Shown piece after piece: positions 26,445 through 36,690 of a stretch of DNA of 64,000 nucleotides (its first letter is position 1; each line of letters opens with the position of its first letter). The DNA is from an uncultured Acidobacteriota bacterium (lineage in GTDB: Bacteria > Acidobacteriota > Terriglobia > Acidiferrales > UBA7541): NCBI GenBank assembly GCA_963714785.1, contig CAVQQE010000012.1:147027-211026 (forward strand), written 5' to 3'. The notes under the pieces are model-generated. The model searched no databases and had not been told where the DNA came from. It was given only the letters and a program-made list of their open reading frames with translations. The position numbers and the translations under genes were made by a program.

Positions 26445-29400
26445 CTAATCCGCTGGGGCTGCCTCCGCGGCACCCTGACCTGCACGGCCCGCGCGCCAAT
26501 TAGCGGCTTTCTTTGCAAGCCGGTCGAAATAAATATAAATCACGGGCGTGGTGTAGAGAGTGAGGACCTGGCTCAGAAGCAAGCCGCCCACCATGGAGAT
26601 GCCCAGAGGACGGCGCAGCTCAGATCCAATTCCTGTGCCCAGAGCGAGCGGCAGACCGCCGAGCAGCGCGGCCATGGTGGTCATCATGATCGGACGAAAA
26701 CGCAGGAGGCAAGCCTCATAAATTGCTTCTTCCGAACTCTTGCCTTCTTTACGTTCCGCTTCGAGGGCAAAGTCGATCATCATAATGCCGTTCTTCTTCA
26801 CGATTCCAATGAGCAGGATGATTCCTATCAGCGCGACAACGCTCAGTTCGCTGCCGCAAATCAAGAGAGCGAGAATCGCGCCAACTCCTGCGGACGGCAG
26901 AGTAGAAAGAATCGTGAGCGGATGGATATAGCTCTCGTAAAGAATACCTAAGACGATGTAGACGGTTACAAGCGCGGCCAGAATCAGAATTGGCTCGTTG
27001 CTGAGCGAAGCCTGGAACGACGCGGCACTGCCTTGAAACGCAGCTTGAATGCTGAGAGGCATTCCAATATCTTTTTGAGCTTTATCGATGGCTTTGGTGG
27101 CTTCACCCAGAGAAGCGTTGGGTGCCAAATTAAATGAGAGCGTGACCACCGGAAACTGACCTTGGTGGTTTACCGACAGCGGCGCGGTCTTGGATTCAAA
27201 GTGTGTGAAGGTGCTGAGCGGAACAGCAGATCCATTTGCGCCGCTTACCGCCGTCGGATTCGCCGAACCGGAACTGGGCAATGAGGATGACGAAGCAGAG
27301 GGACTTGGAGTCGAGTTTGTAGCGCCTCCCGTAGAGGATGTGGCTGTGACTACACCGCTGGAGCTCGTAGTGGTGGGTCCCGTGGTTGTAGCCGACGGCG
27401 CGATAGCGGAGCGCACGTAAATATCCTGGAGCTTATTGGGATTTTTCTGAAAGTCCGGCATGGTTTCGATCACGACGTGGTACTGATTCAACTGGGTGTA
27501 AGTGGTGTCCACCTGTCGTTGACCGAATCCGTCGTAGAGGGTTTGATCGATCATGTTGGGCGTGATACCCATACGGGAAGCAGTTACACGGTCGATCACC
27601 AAAGAGGCCGCCAACCCCTGAGTCTGTTGGTCAGTAGCAACATCGGTCAATTCGGGGATCTGCTTTAATTTGTCCACCAGCTTAGCGGTCCACAAATTCA
27701 GTTCGTTGATGTCGGGATCTTCCAAGGTGTACTGATACTGCGTGCGGCTGACGCGGTCTTCGACCGTAATGTCCTGAACCGGCTGCATGTAAAGCGTGAT
27801 TCCTTCGATTTTTTCGAGATTGGGTTGCAGGCGGCGGATCACATCGGACGCATTGATCTTGCGCTCATCGAGAGGCTTGAGATTTATGAGCATGCGACCG
27901 CTGTTGAGAGTTGGGTTGGTCCCGTCAATACCGATGAATGAGGAAAGACTGTCGACAGCCGGGTCTTTCAAAATTACTTCGCTAAGCTGTTGTTGTTTTT
28001 CGGCCATGGCCGGAAACGAAATGGTCTGGGACGCTTGGGAGATGCCCTGAATGATCCCGGTATCCTGAACGGGGAAAAATCCTTTGGGCACGATGACGTA
28101 CAAGACCACGGTGAGGACCAGAGTGGCCAAGGCGACAAAAAGTGTGGCGGTCTGATGTTTCAGCACCCACTTAAGCGTGCGTCCGTAAATGGCGATGACG
28201 CTTTCGAAGGCGTGTTCTGAAATCTGGTAGAAACGCCCGCGTTGCGATTCGGGCTGATGTTTGAGCAGCTTAGAGCACATCATTGGCGTAAGAGTTAGAG
28301 AAACGACCGCGGATACCAGGATGGTTACGCTGAGCGTGACGGCAAACTCCCGGAATAATCGGCCGACGATATCACCCATGAAAAGCAGGGGAATCAGCAC
28401 AGCGATCAAGGAAATGGTGAGCGAAACAATGGTGAATCCGATTTGTTCGGAGCCTTTTAGGGCAGCTTGCAGCGGGGGATCGCCCTCTTCGATGAAACGA
28501 ACGATGTTTTCGATCATGACGATCGCATCGTCCACCACGAAGCCGGTGGAAATAGTCAAAGCCATCAAAGTTAAATTGTTCAGGCTGTAGCCCGCTAAAT
28601 ACATGACCCCGAATGTGCCGATCAACGAGAGAGGCACGGCCACGCTGGGAATGATGGTGGCGGAAAGATTTCGCAGGAAAAGGAAGATAACCATCACGAC
28701 CAAACCGACGGTGAGCATCAGCTCGAATTCCACATCTTGCACGGAGGCGCGGATGGTAGTGGTGCGGTCGGTAAGAACAATCACGTTCACGGATGCGGGC
28801 AAATTGCTTTGCAAAAGCGGCAGCAATTTCTTTACACGGTCAACGACTTGAATAATGTTGGCGCCGGGCTGGCGCTGGATGTTCATGATCACGGCGGGCG
28901 TGGTGTTCATCCAAGCGGCTTGCTTGGTGTTCTCAACGTCGTCGATTACATTTGCGACATCCGAGAGAAAAACGGGACCTTTGTTGTGATAGGCGACGAC
29001 CACACTCTGAAAATCTTTGCTGGTTAGGAGCTGATCGTTAGCATCGATCTGATAATCCTGGTGCGGGCCGTCAAAGTTGCCTTTGGCTAAGTCCAGGCTG
29101 GTGCTTTGGACGGCGGTTCTGACGTCTTCCAGATTGATGCCATAGGAAGACAGCGCTGTGGGATTAACCTGGATGCGCACGGCGGGCTTTTGTCCGCCGC
29201 TGATGCTTACAAGCCCAACGCCGGTTACCTGTGCGATTTTTTCCGCCAGGCGCGTGTCGGCCAAATCTTCCACTTGAGACAGCGGGATGGTGGAAGAAGT
29301 GAGAGCCAAGGTAAGGATCGGTGCGTCCGCAGGATTCGTCTTGCTGTAAACCGGAGGAACAGGAAGATCGGCGGGCAAATAGGTTTGGGCCGCGTTGATG

Positions 29401-29732
29401 GAGGCTTGCACTTCCTGCTCGGCGACGTCGATGTTGAGGTCGAGAGAAAATTGCAGAACGATGACAGAGCTCCCGTCGGAGCTGGTGGAAGTCATCTGAT
29501 TCAGACCAGGCACCTGCCCAAACTGGCGCTCCAAGGGCGCGGTCACAGCGGAGGCCATCACATCCGGGCTGGCTCCGGGATAGAACGTGACTACCTGGAT
29601 AATCGGATAATCAACTTCCGGAAGAGCAGAAACCGGGAGTTGCAAGAACGAAACCATTCCAGCGAGCAAAATGGCAGCCATCAACAGCGAGGTGGCCACA
29701 GGCCGTAGGATAAATGGACGAGACGGACTCAC
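26445..29732 (-). CDS. mdtB: RND multidrug efflux permease, MdtB-like, with a Ser/Thr-rich insertion
   Basis: GTG start overlapping the adaptor gene stop (GTGA). N-terminus is [18 protein letters not shown]. It is a paralog of the downstream permease. Confidence 0.85.
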   Translation of the reverse strand: MSPSRPFILRPVATSLLMAAILLAGMVSFLQLPVSALPEVDYPIIQVVTFYPGASPDVMASAVTAPLERQFGQVPGLNQMTSTSSDGSSVIVLQFSLDLNIDVAEQEVQASINAAQTYLPADLPVPPVYSKTNPADAPILTLALTSSTIPLSQVEDLADTRLAEKIAQVTGVGLVSISGGQKPAVRIQVNPTALSSYGINLEDVRTAVQSTSLDLAKGNFDGPHQDYQIDANDQLLTSKDFQSVVVAYHNKGPVFLSDVANVIDDVENTKQAAWMNTTPAVIMNIQRQPGANIIQVVDRVKKLLPLLQSNLPASVNVIVLTDRTTTIRASVQDVEFELMLTVGLVVMVIFLFLRNLSATIIPSVAVPLSLIGTFGVMYLAGYSLNNLTLMALTISTGFVVDDAIVMIENIVRFIEEGDPPLQAALKGSEQIGFTIVSLTISLIAVLIPLLFMGDIVGRLFREFAVTLSVTILVSAVVSLTLTPMMCSKLLKHQPESQRGRFYQISEHAFESVIAIYGRTLKWVLKHQTATLFVALATLVLTVVLYVIVPKGFFPVQDTGIIQGISQASQTISFPAMAEKQQQLSEVILKDPAVDSLSSFIGIDGTNPTLNSGRMLINLKPLDERKINASDVIRRLQPNLEKIEGITLYMQPVQDITVEDRVSRTQYQYTLEDPDINELNLWTAKLVDKLKQIPELTDVATDQQTQGLAASLVIDRVTASRMGITPNMIDQTLYDGFGQRQVDTTYTQLNQYHVVIETMPDFQKNPNKLQDIYVRSAIAPSATTTGPTTTSSSGVVTATSSTGGATNSTPSPSASSSSLPSSGSANPTAVSGANGSAVPLSTFTHFESKTAPLSVNHQGQFPVVTLSFNLAPNASLGEATKAIDKAQKDIGMPLSIQAAFQGSAASFQASLSNEPILILAALVTVYIVLGILYESYIHPLTILSTLPSAGVGAILALLICGSELSVVALIGIILLIGIVKKNGIMMIDFALEAERKEGKSSEEAIYEACLLRFRPIMMTTMAALLGGLPLALGTGIGSELRRPLGISMVGGLLLSQVLTLYTTPVIYIYFDRLAKKAANWRAGRAGQGAAEAAPAD

Positions 29733-31219
29733 GGATGAGTGCCTCCGCCTGAACTGCTGCTATTGCCGCTGGAGTTCGAGTTTGCCGGTCCGTGGCTTTG
29801 TTGCTTAGGCGCGTTGCCACTATTACCACTGGAATTGGGATTGCTGCTGTTGGGATTAGCGTTGTTACCGCCAGTTCCACCGCTTCCAGTGCCCGGGCTT
29901 TTGATTATGGTTACTTTGCCGGCGTTCTGCAATTTGTCGAAGCCGGTGACCGCGAGCACTTCCCCAGGGTTCACACCCTGCACGGCTGCCGTATTTCCAT
30001 CGGTGGTGCCTACCGTAACGGTTCGTAACGTTGCCGTGTTGTCGGAACTGATGACGTAAACGTAGGCACCTTGTGCGTTCCGCTGTATGGCCGCAGTGGG
30101 AACCAGCGTGGCTCCGTGTTGAGTATCTACCAACAATCTGGAGTTCACAAATTGCTGGGGAAACAGCTCGAAGTCCTTGTTATCAAAAATAGCTTTCAGC
30201 TTCACGGTGCCGGTGGTCTGGTCAATCACATTATCGAGGGTGAGCAAGGAGCCGGAGCTGAGTTTTGTGGTTTGATCGCGCGAGAACGCGTCCACGGGCA
30301 ACTTCAGGCCGTTGCGCAACTGCTTTTGGATCTGGGGCAGATAATCTTCGGCGACGCTGAAAATAACGGTGATGGGTTGAAGTTGGGTAATAACTACCAG
30401 CGCGGTGGTGCTGCCCGATGTGACAATGTTGCCGGGGTCGACTAAACGGAGGCCTACGCGGCCGCTGATGGGAGCGGTGATGCGGGTGTAGTCGACGTTT
30501 GTGGCGGCGCTGGCGACGGTGCCTTCGTCCTGTTTAACCGTGCCTTCATCCTGATGCACAACTTGAGCCTGGTCGTCGAGTTGTTGCTTGGCAATGGCGT
30601 TGCGATCGTAGGCTTGCTCATAGCGAGTTAAATCGATTCTGGCTTCGCTCAACACGGCGGTATCTTTTGCCAGCGTGCCTTGGGCTTGGGTGAGGGCAGC
30701 TTGGTAGGGGCGCGGGTCAATCTCAATCAGCAGATCTCCCTTCTTCACCATCTGGCCTTCGGTGTAGGCCACATTTGTTATTTGGCCGTCCACGCGGCTG
30801 GTGATAGTTGCGGTGTAAACGGGGGTGACGGTTCCCAAGGCGTTGATGTAAACGCCGATGTCGCCTTTGCGGGCGGTCGTGGTGGAAATGGGGGCGGTAG
30901 GAACAGGCTTTTTGGCTGCGGCGGCTTCCGCTGCCTTCTCGTGTTGCCTGTAAAAGTAAAAAATCGCGAGGAGCAAAAGGATGACTACAACGATCCAGAC
31001 CCACTTGTGGCTCTTGCGCGGACGCGCGTCCCTTTTTTCGGGTGGTTTGGTAGCGGGCGGGGCTGGAGTCGGCGGCGCGGTGGCGGTAGTGCTGGGAGAG
31101 TCTTTGGTGCTTATAGTGACCGGCGCGTTGGGAGCAGCCGGAGCACTCGGCGCGCCGGGAATATTTGGGTTGTTGCCAGGACCTGGCGCCTTAGGAGTGT
31201 TCGGGGGATTCTCAGCCAA
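29729..31219 (-). CDS. mdtA: RND efflux periplasmic adaptor (MFP), MdtA-like, with Pro-rich N-terminal and Asn/Ser/Gly-rich C-terminal tails
   Basis: TTG start with AGAGGAA 8 nt upstream. A TM helix ([17 protein letters not shown]) is followed by the HlyD/MFP core ([26 protein letters not shown]). Confidence 0.85.
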   Translation of the reverse strand: MAENPPNTPKAPGPGNNPNIPGAPSAPAAPNAPVTISTKDSPSTTATAPPTPAPPATKPPEKRDARPRKSHKWVWIVVVILLLLAIFYFYRQHEKAAEAAAAKKPVPTAPISTTTARKGDIGVYINALGTVTPVYTATITSRVDGQITNVAYTEGQMVKKGDLLIEIDPRPYQAALTQAQGTLAKDTAVLSEARIDLTRYEQAYDRNAIAKQQLDDQAQVVHQDEGTVKQDEGTVASAATNVDYTRITAPISGRVGLRLVDPGNIVTSGSTTALVVITQLQPITVIFSVAEDYLPQIQKQLRNGLKLPVDAFSRDQTTKLSSGSLLTLDNVIDQTTGTVKLKAIFDNKDFELFPQQFVNSRLLVDTQHGATLVPTAAIQRNAQGAYVYVISSDNTATLRTVTVGTTDGNTAAVQGVNPGEVLAVTGFDKLQNAGKVTIIKSPGTGSGGTGGNNANPNSSNPNSSGNSGNAPKQQSHGPANSNSSGNSSSSGGGTHP

Positions 31220-31670
31220 TTTGTGGTTCCTCTTTTAGGATCAGGATCTTGAACTGTTCAGGCTCTGCTACTGAAGTTCCGTCGAATCGTATTTGCGTGT
31301 CCCTGATATTAACCGAGACTAGCACTTTCCGAGCCATTTTCATGCGCGGCAGCAAGCTAGTCCGGCGAATATACCCTCACGCATAAGTCCAACTAAAGAA
31401 GTGCATTACTTTCCGACGATTGAAAGCCCCATTTGGTTACACGCAACCTTGGGTAACCGGTGACGAAATGGAACGTGTCTGGCTCGCTTGCGTTCAGCAA
31501 AGGTAAAAATATGCCCAAGGGTGAGAGCTACGACGCCATTGTTGTGAAGGGGAACCCGCACACCATCTGAACATGGATGCTTTGAAAAAGCGACTTAACC
31601 GGCTGACCACGTTCCAGGAATTTCTGTGACCCGCGAATATTGGTGGGAGCCAAATGAGAGATCTGCGAGC

Positions 31671-31706
31671 AAAAAAAAGCGGCGCACCTTTTGCAAGGCG
31701 CGCCGC
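31671..31706 (-). terminator. rho-independent terminator
   Basis: Minus strand GCGGCGCGCC-UUGCAAAA-GGUGCGCCGC (one A-C mismatch) is followed by eight U (31678-31671). It lies 24 nt after the stop of the lipoprotein gene at 31730. Confidence 0.85.
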
Positions 31707-31729
31707 CCGGGTTAAGGATTAACGGCTAC

Positions 31730-33277
31730 TTACTCTGTCCCGAAAATACCCGTGGTGATCAGATCGGGGTTTGAGGGTGTGCCAATGTTGTTCGCCAGGT
31801 ATCCGGTGTAAAAGTACGTATTGCCGGGTACCAGGCTGCCGAATCCGGCGCTCACCGTGCCGCTAAAGGTGGTAGAGGCGGTCGTCGTCCCGTCAAACGC
31901 GGTAACGCCATTGCCCGTGAAGAACGAATTCAGGCCAGTGACCGTGAAGAGCGGCGCTGCAGGGGCGGTGAAGATACCGGAGACGTTGCCTGGCAACAAC
32001 TCGATCGCGTCTGCCGTAACGGAACCAATTACAGCTGGTGGTCCGACAACTGGCGGAACGAAGGCGCAGGTTGCCACTCCGGCAACAAGCGGGCATACGT
32101 CAACGAAGACATTCTGGCCCACGACCAAGTCCGATGCGGAAGCAAACGATCCAACTGGCAGAGCAGCGCCAGTCGAATTGCTGAACGCCGCAGTCGTTGC
32201 ATCGAGACCTAGGACTTGTCCAACGCTGATGCCGATGATGCTTCCTGCGGGTACGGCAGTCACTACCACTTCAGGCGTTGCGCCGGCTTCAACGATGGTC
32301 CCTTGGAATCCACCTGCAGAGGTGATTCCGGGGTTACCAGCGATGTTAGCGGCGGTGAATTGCACTGGGTTGGTGTTAGAAGCTCCGTAGGAAACTGTGA
32401 CAAGGTCTCCTACCTGCACGCATGCAATCGTGTTTGGAGTGGCGCAAGTAGCTGTCATGGTGCTGTAGTTGGTGACGGTCGTGCCGGAACCAATGTTAAG
32501 AGTCAGAGGCAGACCGGTCGCGTTGTCAGTTAGGGTGATGCTGGTCGCAGAAATGCCGCTCACGGTTCCTGACACGTTGTTGACGTCAATCAAGTTGCCA
32601 TCGGCGCCGACAGTACCTTGCGTAACGGAAACGATCGGGTTAAATGACAAAGTTGCCGGAGCCGCTCCCGTTGCAACTAGCGAACCGGTCACGTCCAAAC
32701 CAACGATAAACGATGCGGGAGTCCCTGCGGTGAGTGCGATTGGGCTCGGGAACGTGACCGTTGCCGTCGTAGTGCTCACTACCGGTGAAATCTGACAGAT
32801 GATCGGTGGTGTGCCAGCTGCGTTAGTGTTGTCGCAAGAATTCGTGCCGTCTGTAAAGTTGGCACCGGGATCGACACTGACGGTGGCCGATAGCGGCGAC
32901 CCGAACGTGAGCTGAAGAGCCGTGTAGGTATTTGCGGTCACCGCCGTGTTCGATAACGTGTCAAGCTGAGTTGGGTTCGAGAGGTCCGAAAACTGGACGG
33001 AGGCCCCTGCCGGAAGAAGGGCTTGACCCACCGGGCAAGCCGCGGCACCAGTATCGGACGCCGTCAAAAGACAAGCTCCAGTGACTGAGGCTTGCACAGA
33101 AATCAAATTTACACCCGCCGGCAACGCTTCGGTTGCTGCTGGCGTTGTATCCGATATTGATACGACTACAGGAACATTCTGCGACGGCGGAGGAGTGGAG
33201 TGACCGCTACTACCGCAACCTCCGAGAAAAGCTAATGCGAATGGCAGAGCTGCCAAAGCTAGAATCTTCTTGCGCAC
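31730..33277 (-). CDS. Ser/Thr/Gly/Ala/Val-rich lipoprotein (DUF4382-like N-terminus), function unknown
   Basis: Lipoprotein signal MRKKILALAALPFALAFLGGCGSS, followed by a low-complexity beta-rich sequence. It has its own terminator. Confidence 0.7.
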   Translation of the reverse strand: MRKKILALAALPFALAFLGGCGSSGHSTPPPSQNVPVVVSISDTTPAATEALPAGVNLISVQASVTGACLLTASDTGAAACPVGQALLPAGASVQFSDLSNPTQLDTLSNTAVTANTYTALQLTFGSPLSATVSVDPGANFTDGTNSCDNTNAAGTPPIICQISPVVSTTTATVTFPSPIALTAGTPASFIVGLDVTGSLVATGAAPATLSFNPIVSVTQGTVGADGNLIDVNNVSGTVSGISATSITLTDNATGLPLTLNIGSGTTVTNYSTMTATCATPNTIACVQVGDLVTVSYGASNTNPVQFTAANIAGNPGITSAGGFQGTIVEAGATPEVVVTAVPAGSIIGISVGQVLGLDATTAAFSNSTGAALPVGSFASASDLVVGQNVFVDVCPLVAGVATCAFVPPVVGPPAVIGSVTADAIELLPGNVSGIFTAPAAPLFTVTGLNSFFTGNGVTAFDGTTTASTTFSGTVSAGFGSLVPGNTYFYTGYLANNIGTPSNPDLITTGIFGTE

Positions 33278-33596
33278 GTAAAAATCCTCCTCAGGAAATT
33301 TTAACCTACGCCACTATGATGCAATTTTCAATTAACCCCCGCATCGGGTAATCCTTGTATTTCCATGCCGGAATTAACTGTCGTCTGCACTGCAACAAAG
33401 AGAATCTCTTGCCTGGGTATGTGTCGCGATTCTCTCGACTCGTAGCAAGGTTCAACAGTATTTGATAGATTTTGCCGCACATCAATGTGCGCAGCAATAA
33501 CCCCGACAGAGCGTACATGTTTGGGATTCCTTTCGCAAGCTAAACAAATTAGTGTGCTAATTGGTAATGCCTCGGTTGAGGCGGATTCGAGGGCGG

Positions 33597-35474
33597 ATGA
33601 AGATCCTGGACCTGTTATTTGGAAAACCATTGGCGGCATCGGACGAAAGAGCGGAGCAGCTGGGTATTGCTGCGGGAATTCCCATTTTCGGGTTGGATGC
33701 GCTCAGTTCCGCGGCGTACGGCCCGGAAGCGGCGCTGACACTTTTGATTCCGTTAGGAGCGGCGAGCGTTGCGTACATCGTCCCGGTTAGCTCCAGTATC
33801 ATCGTGCTCCTGGGTATCGTTTATTTTTCGTACCGGCAAACGATTGCGGCCTATCCCGGAGGGGGAGGTTCGTACACCGTCGCTTCGGAAAATCTCGGCA
33901 CGTTCGCTGGATTGCTAGCCGCTGCGGCCTTAATGATTGATTACATTCTCACCGTGGCGGTGGGAATCTCCGCCGGAGTGGGCGCGCTGGTTTCCGCGGT
34001 ACCAAAACTTTTACCGCACACGCTGTTCTTCTGTTTGATCATTTTATTTCTGATTACATTCATTAATCTTCGAGGGACGCGACAGGCAGGAATCGTTTTC
34101 ATGTTTCCGACTTATATATTTATTGGGAGCCTGTTGGCGGCGCTTGGGGTGGGAGTTTTTAAGTCGGTTGTGGCCGGTGGACATCCGGTTCCGGTGGTGG
34201 CGCCACCCGCACCTGGGCCGGCGATAGCGGCGGTTAGTGTGTGGCTGCTAATGAAATCTTTCTCCAGTGGCTGCACCGCGATGACCGGAGTGGAAGCGGT
34301 GAGCAACGGGGTCCGCGCGTTTCGCGAGCCGGTGGTGGATACCGCAAGGCGCGTGCTTACGATCATCATCGGCCTTTTGATGGTGATGCTTGCAGGAATC
34401 GCTTATCTGGTGCGCACTTACCATATTGTTGCGACCGATCCGGGAAGCGATGGATATCAGAGCGTGTTGTCGATGATTGTTGCGGCGGTGGCGGGGCGCG
34501 GAGTTTTCTATTACGTCACAATTGGATCGGTGCTGTTGGTTTTGGCATTGTCCGCTAATACCGCATTTGCGGATTTTCCGCGATTGTGCCGGGCCATTGC
34601 TTTGAATGGTTATCTTCCGGATTCTTTCAGCCTTCGCGGACGCCGGCTTGTTTACTCGCGAGGAATTTATGTGCTGGCAATCCTGGCCGGCTCGCTTTTG
34701 ATTCTGTTCCGTGGCGTCACAGATCGGTTGATTCCGCTTTATGCCGTTGGAGCGTTTCTGGCATTTACACTCTCGCAGGCCGGGATGGTGGCGCATTGGA
34801 AAAAGCACAAAGGCCCGGGGTCGGGGCGAAGTATTTTCATCAACGGCTTGGGCGCCTTTGCGACGGGCGTGACGGTGATCGTCGTACTGGTGGCGAAGTT
34901 CGTGGAGGGAGCCTGGATTACGGCTCTGCTCATCCCCGCGCTACTTTTTCTAATGCTGCGTGTGAGACGGTATTTTGTTGGTGTCGAACTGGAGCTGTTC
35001 AGCAAGGAGCCCCTGGACACGACCAAATGTAAACCGCCGGTTGTGGTTTTACCCATTCAAACGTGGGGCAAGCTGACTCAGAGAGCGTTGCAATTTGCCC
35101 TAACGATCTCAAGCGATGTTCACGCTGTGCACGTTTGCAGAGAAGAACAGAAGGAACAGCTAAAGGATGAATGGAAGAGGCTGGTTGAAGGGCCGGCGCA
35201 GCGAGCCGGTTTACCGGTGCCGAAATTTGTGGAGGTGCAATCGCCGTTCCGTCTTGTGATCACACCCATCGTAGATTACGTGCTGAAGATTGAGGCGGAG
35301 CACCCATCGTGCCAGATTGTGCTGCTGGTCCCCGAGCTAATTGAGCAGCATTGGTATCACTACTTTCTGCAAAGCAATCGCGCGGAGCTTTTGAAGGGAC
35401 TGATGTTGCTCAGAGGCAATGACAACGTTGTAATCGCAAATTTGCCTTGGTACCTGAAGCGGACTGAAATTTAG
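33597..35474 (+). CDS. APC-superfamily permease with C-terminal cytoplasmic domain
   Basis: Start set at ATG 33597 (MKILDLLFGKPLA.., GAGGG upstream). It has about 12 hydrophobic segments and then a roughly 180-aa soluble tail. Confidence 0.75.
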   Translation: MKILDLLFGKPLAASDERAEQLGIAAGIPIFGLDALSSAAYGPEAALTLLIPLGAASVAYIVPVSSSIIVLLGIVYFSYRQTIAAYPGGGGSYTVASENLGTFAGLLAAAALMIDYILTVAVGISAGVGALVSAVPKLLPHTLFFCLIILFLITFINLRGTRQAGIVFMFPTYIFIGSLLAALGVGVFKSVVAGGHPVPVVAPPAPGPAIAAVSVWLLMKSFSSGCTAMTGVEAVSNGVRAFREPVVDTARRVLTIIIGLLMVMLAGIAYLVRTYHIVATDPGSDGYQSVLSMIVAAVAGRGVFYYVTIGSVLLVLALSANTAFADFPRLCRAIALNGYLPDSFSLRGRRLVYSRGIYVLAILAGSLLILFRGVTDRLIPLYAVGAFLAFTLSQAGMVAHWKKHKGPGSGRSIFINGLGAFATGVTVIVVLVAKFVEGAWITALLIPALLFLMLRVRRYFVGVELELFSKEPLDTTKCKPPVVVLPIQTWGKLTQRALQFALTISSDVHAVHVCREEQKEQLKDEWKRLVEGPAQRAGLPVPKFVEVQSPFRLVITPIVDYVLKIEAEHPSCQIVLLVPELIEQHWYHYFLQSNRAELLKGLMLLRGNDNVVIANLPWYLKRTEI

Positions 35475-35506
35475 CGACAACGTCTTCTGCGCTGGGCGAT
35501 CATTCA

Positions 35507-36448
35507 TTACCGTTTTTTTCGGGCGCGCCGGCGCTTTGTTGGCTTCCGATTGAGTGGGACGGGAGTGGCGGCAGCGTTTTGCAATAGCAGAAGAAAAGCT
35601 TGCGCATCGGGCGAAAGGGCGCGATGTCGGGGATGGATTACATCGAGGTTTCGCCGCAACGGTTCCGCGTTGATGATTTCGATGGCGACAAGTTTGCCGC
35701 GCCGCAATTCAGTGGTGACCGCAATTTGCGGAAGGAAACTGAGACCGAGTTTGCGCTCCACCATTTTTTTAGCGGCTTCGATTGTTTCCACTTCCAAGAC
35801 GACGTTTGGCAGCAAACCGGCGCGGCGGAAAAGACCCTGACTGAGAGTCCAATCGCTGGAACCGCGATCGAAAAATATTAGGGGCCAGGATTCGGTCTCT
35901 TCCAAGCGAACTTGCCTTTGTTGGGCCGCCGCGTGTGCGGGATGGCCTACCAGTATTAAAGGATCATCGCGCAGCGTGGTGGTTTCGACTCCCGGATGAT
36001 GCAAAGAACGCGCCACGCCGATGTCAGCCTCGCCGTCCAGAACCATCTTTAAAACCTGGAGCGAGTTGCCGGAGCGAAGATTGACCAGTACTTTTGGATT
36101 TTTGGATTGGTACTCCTTCATAACATCGGGCAGAAAATAAGTGCAGATAGAGAGAGCGGCGGCAATGTTGAGCACTCCGCCCGCTGGAGGCTGAGGAACG
36201 TGAACTGCCTGCCGGGCGAGCGCCACAGTGCGCAGCAATTGTTCGGCGACGGGGCGAAGAGCCTTGCCGGCAGGGGACAGCGCCACGTTGGAGTGCACGC
36301 GGGTGAAGAGTTTTACGCCTAGAGATTCTTCCAAGGCACGGATGCGCGCGCTAATGGCAGGCTGGCTGACGCGCAACGCTCCGGCGGCGCGATGAAATCC
36401 GCCATAGCTGGCCACCGCTAAGAAAGTTTCGATTTGATCGATTTCCAC
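35507..36448 (-). CDS. LysR-family transcriptional regulator
   Basis: Start reset to GTG 36448 (GGAGG 7 nt upstream), giving the typical LysR N-terminus (M)EIDQIETFLAVASYGGFHRAAGALRVSQPAISARIRALE. It is divergent from isocitrate lyase. Confidence 0.85.
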   Translation of the reverse strand: MEIDQIETFLAVASYGGFHRAAGALRVSQPAISARIRALEESLGVKLFTRVHSNVALSPAGKALRPVAEQLLRTVALARQAVHVPQPPAGGVLNIAAALSICTYFLPDVMKEYQSKNPKVLVNLRSGNSLQVLKMVLDGEADIGVARSLHHPGVETTTLRDDPLILVGHPAHAAAQQRQVRLEETESWPLIFFDRGSSDWTLSQGLFRRAGLLPNVVLEVETIEAAKKMVERKLGLSFLPQIAVTTELRRGKLVAIEIINAEPLRRNLDVIHPRHRALSPDAQAFLLLLQNAAATPVPLNRKPTKRRRARKKR

Positions 36449-36530
36449 GCGCCACCCTCCGACTACAGTTTTTACAGTAGAACCATTGTACTGGAACCGA
36501 TAACGCAATTCTATCAAGATGATAAGGACA

Positions 36531-36545
36531 ATCAGTTTGACTGAT
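36531..36545. promoter_or_regulatory. candidate LysR-type operator (T-N11-A palindrome)
   Basis: ATCAGT-TTG-ACTGAT is a perfect inverted repeat in the LysR/aceA divergent intergenic region. Confidence 0.4.
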
Positions 36546-36690
36546 TGGCTCGTGCGGCGCACAATCGCTCGAACGTTGCCACTCGAGAGTTCGCGGCGAC
36601 GTCCCGGCCGCTTCGGTCCGCGCAGAACGGCTTTCCAGGTTCAGCTTGGGCGAGGACGCCGGGGCAGATTCCAATCAGAGAGGCGACACG

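Noticed and set aside
31511-31570. 19-codon + strand mini-ORF MPKGESYDAIVVKGNPHTI with AAGG upstream.
   Set aside because: It is too short to distinguish from chance and has no supporting structure or context.
33306-33639. Two minus-strand ORFs (70 and 103 aa) in the lipoprotein/APC-permease intergenic region.
   Set aside because: They have no SD and an unconvincing composition. They overlap the permease start region, and the space is needed for two divergent promoters.
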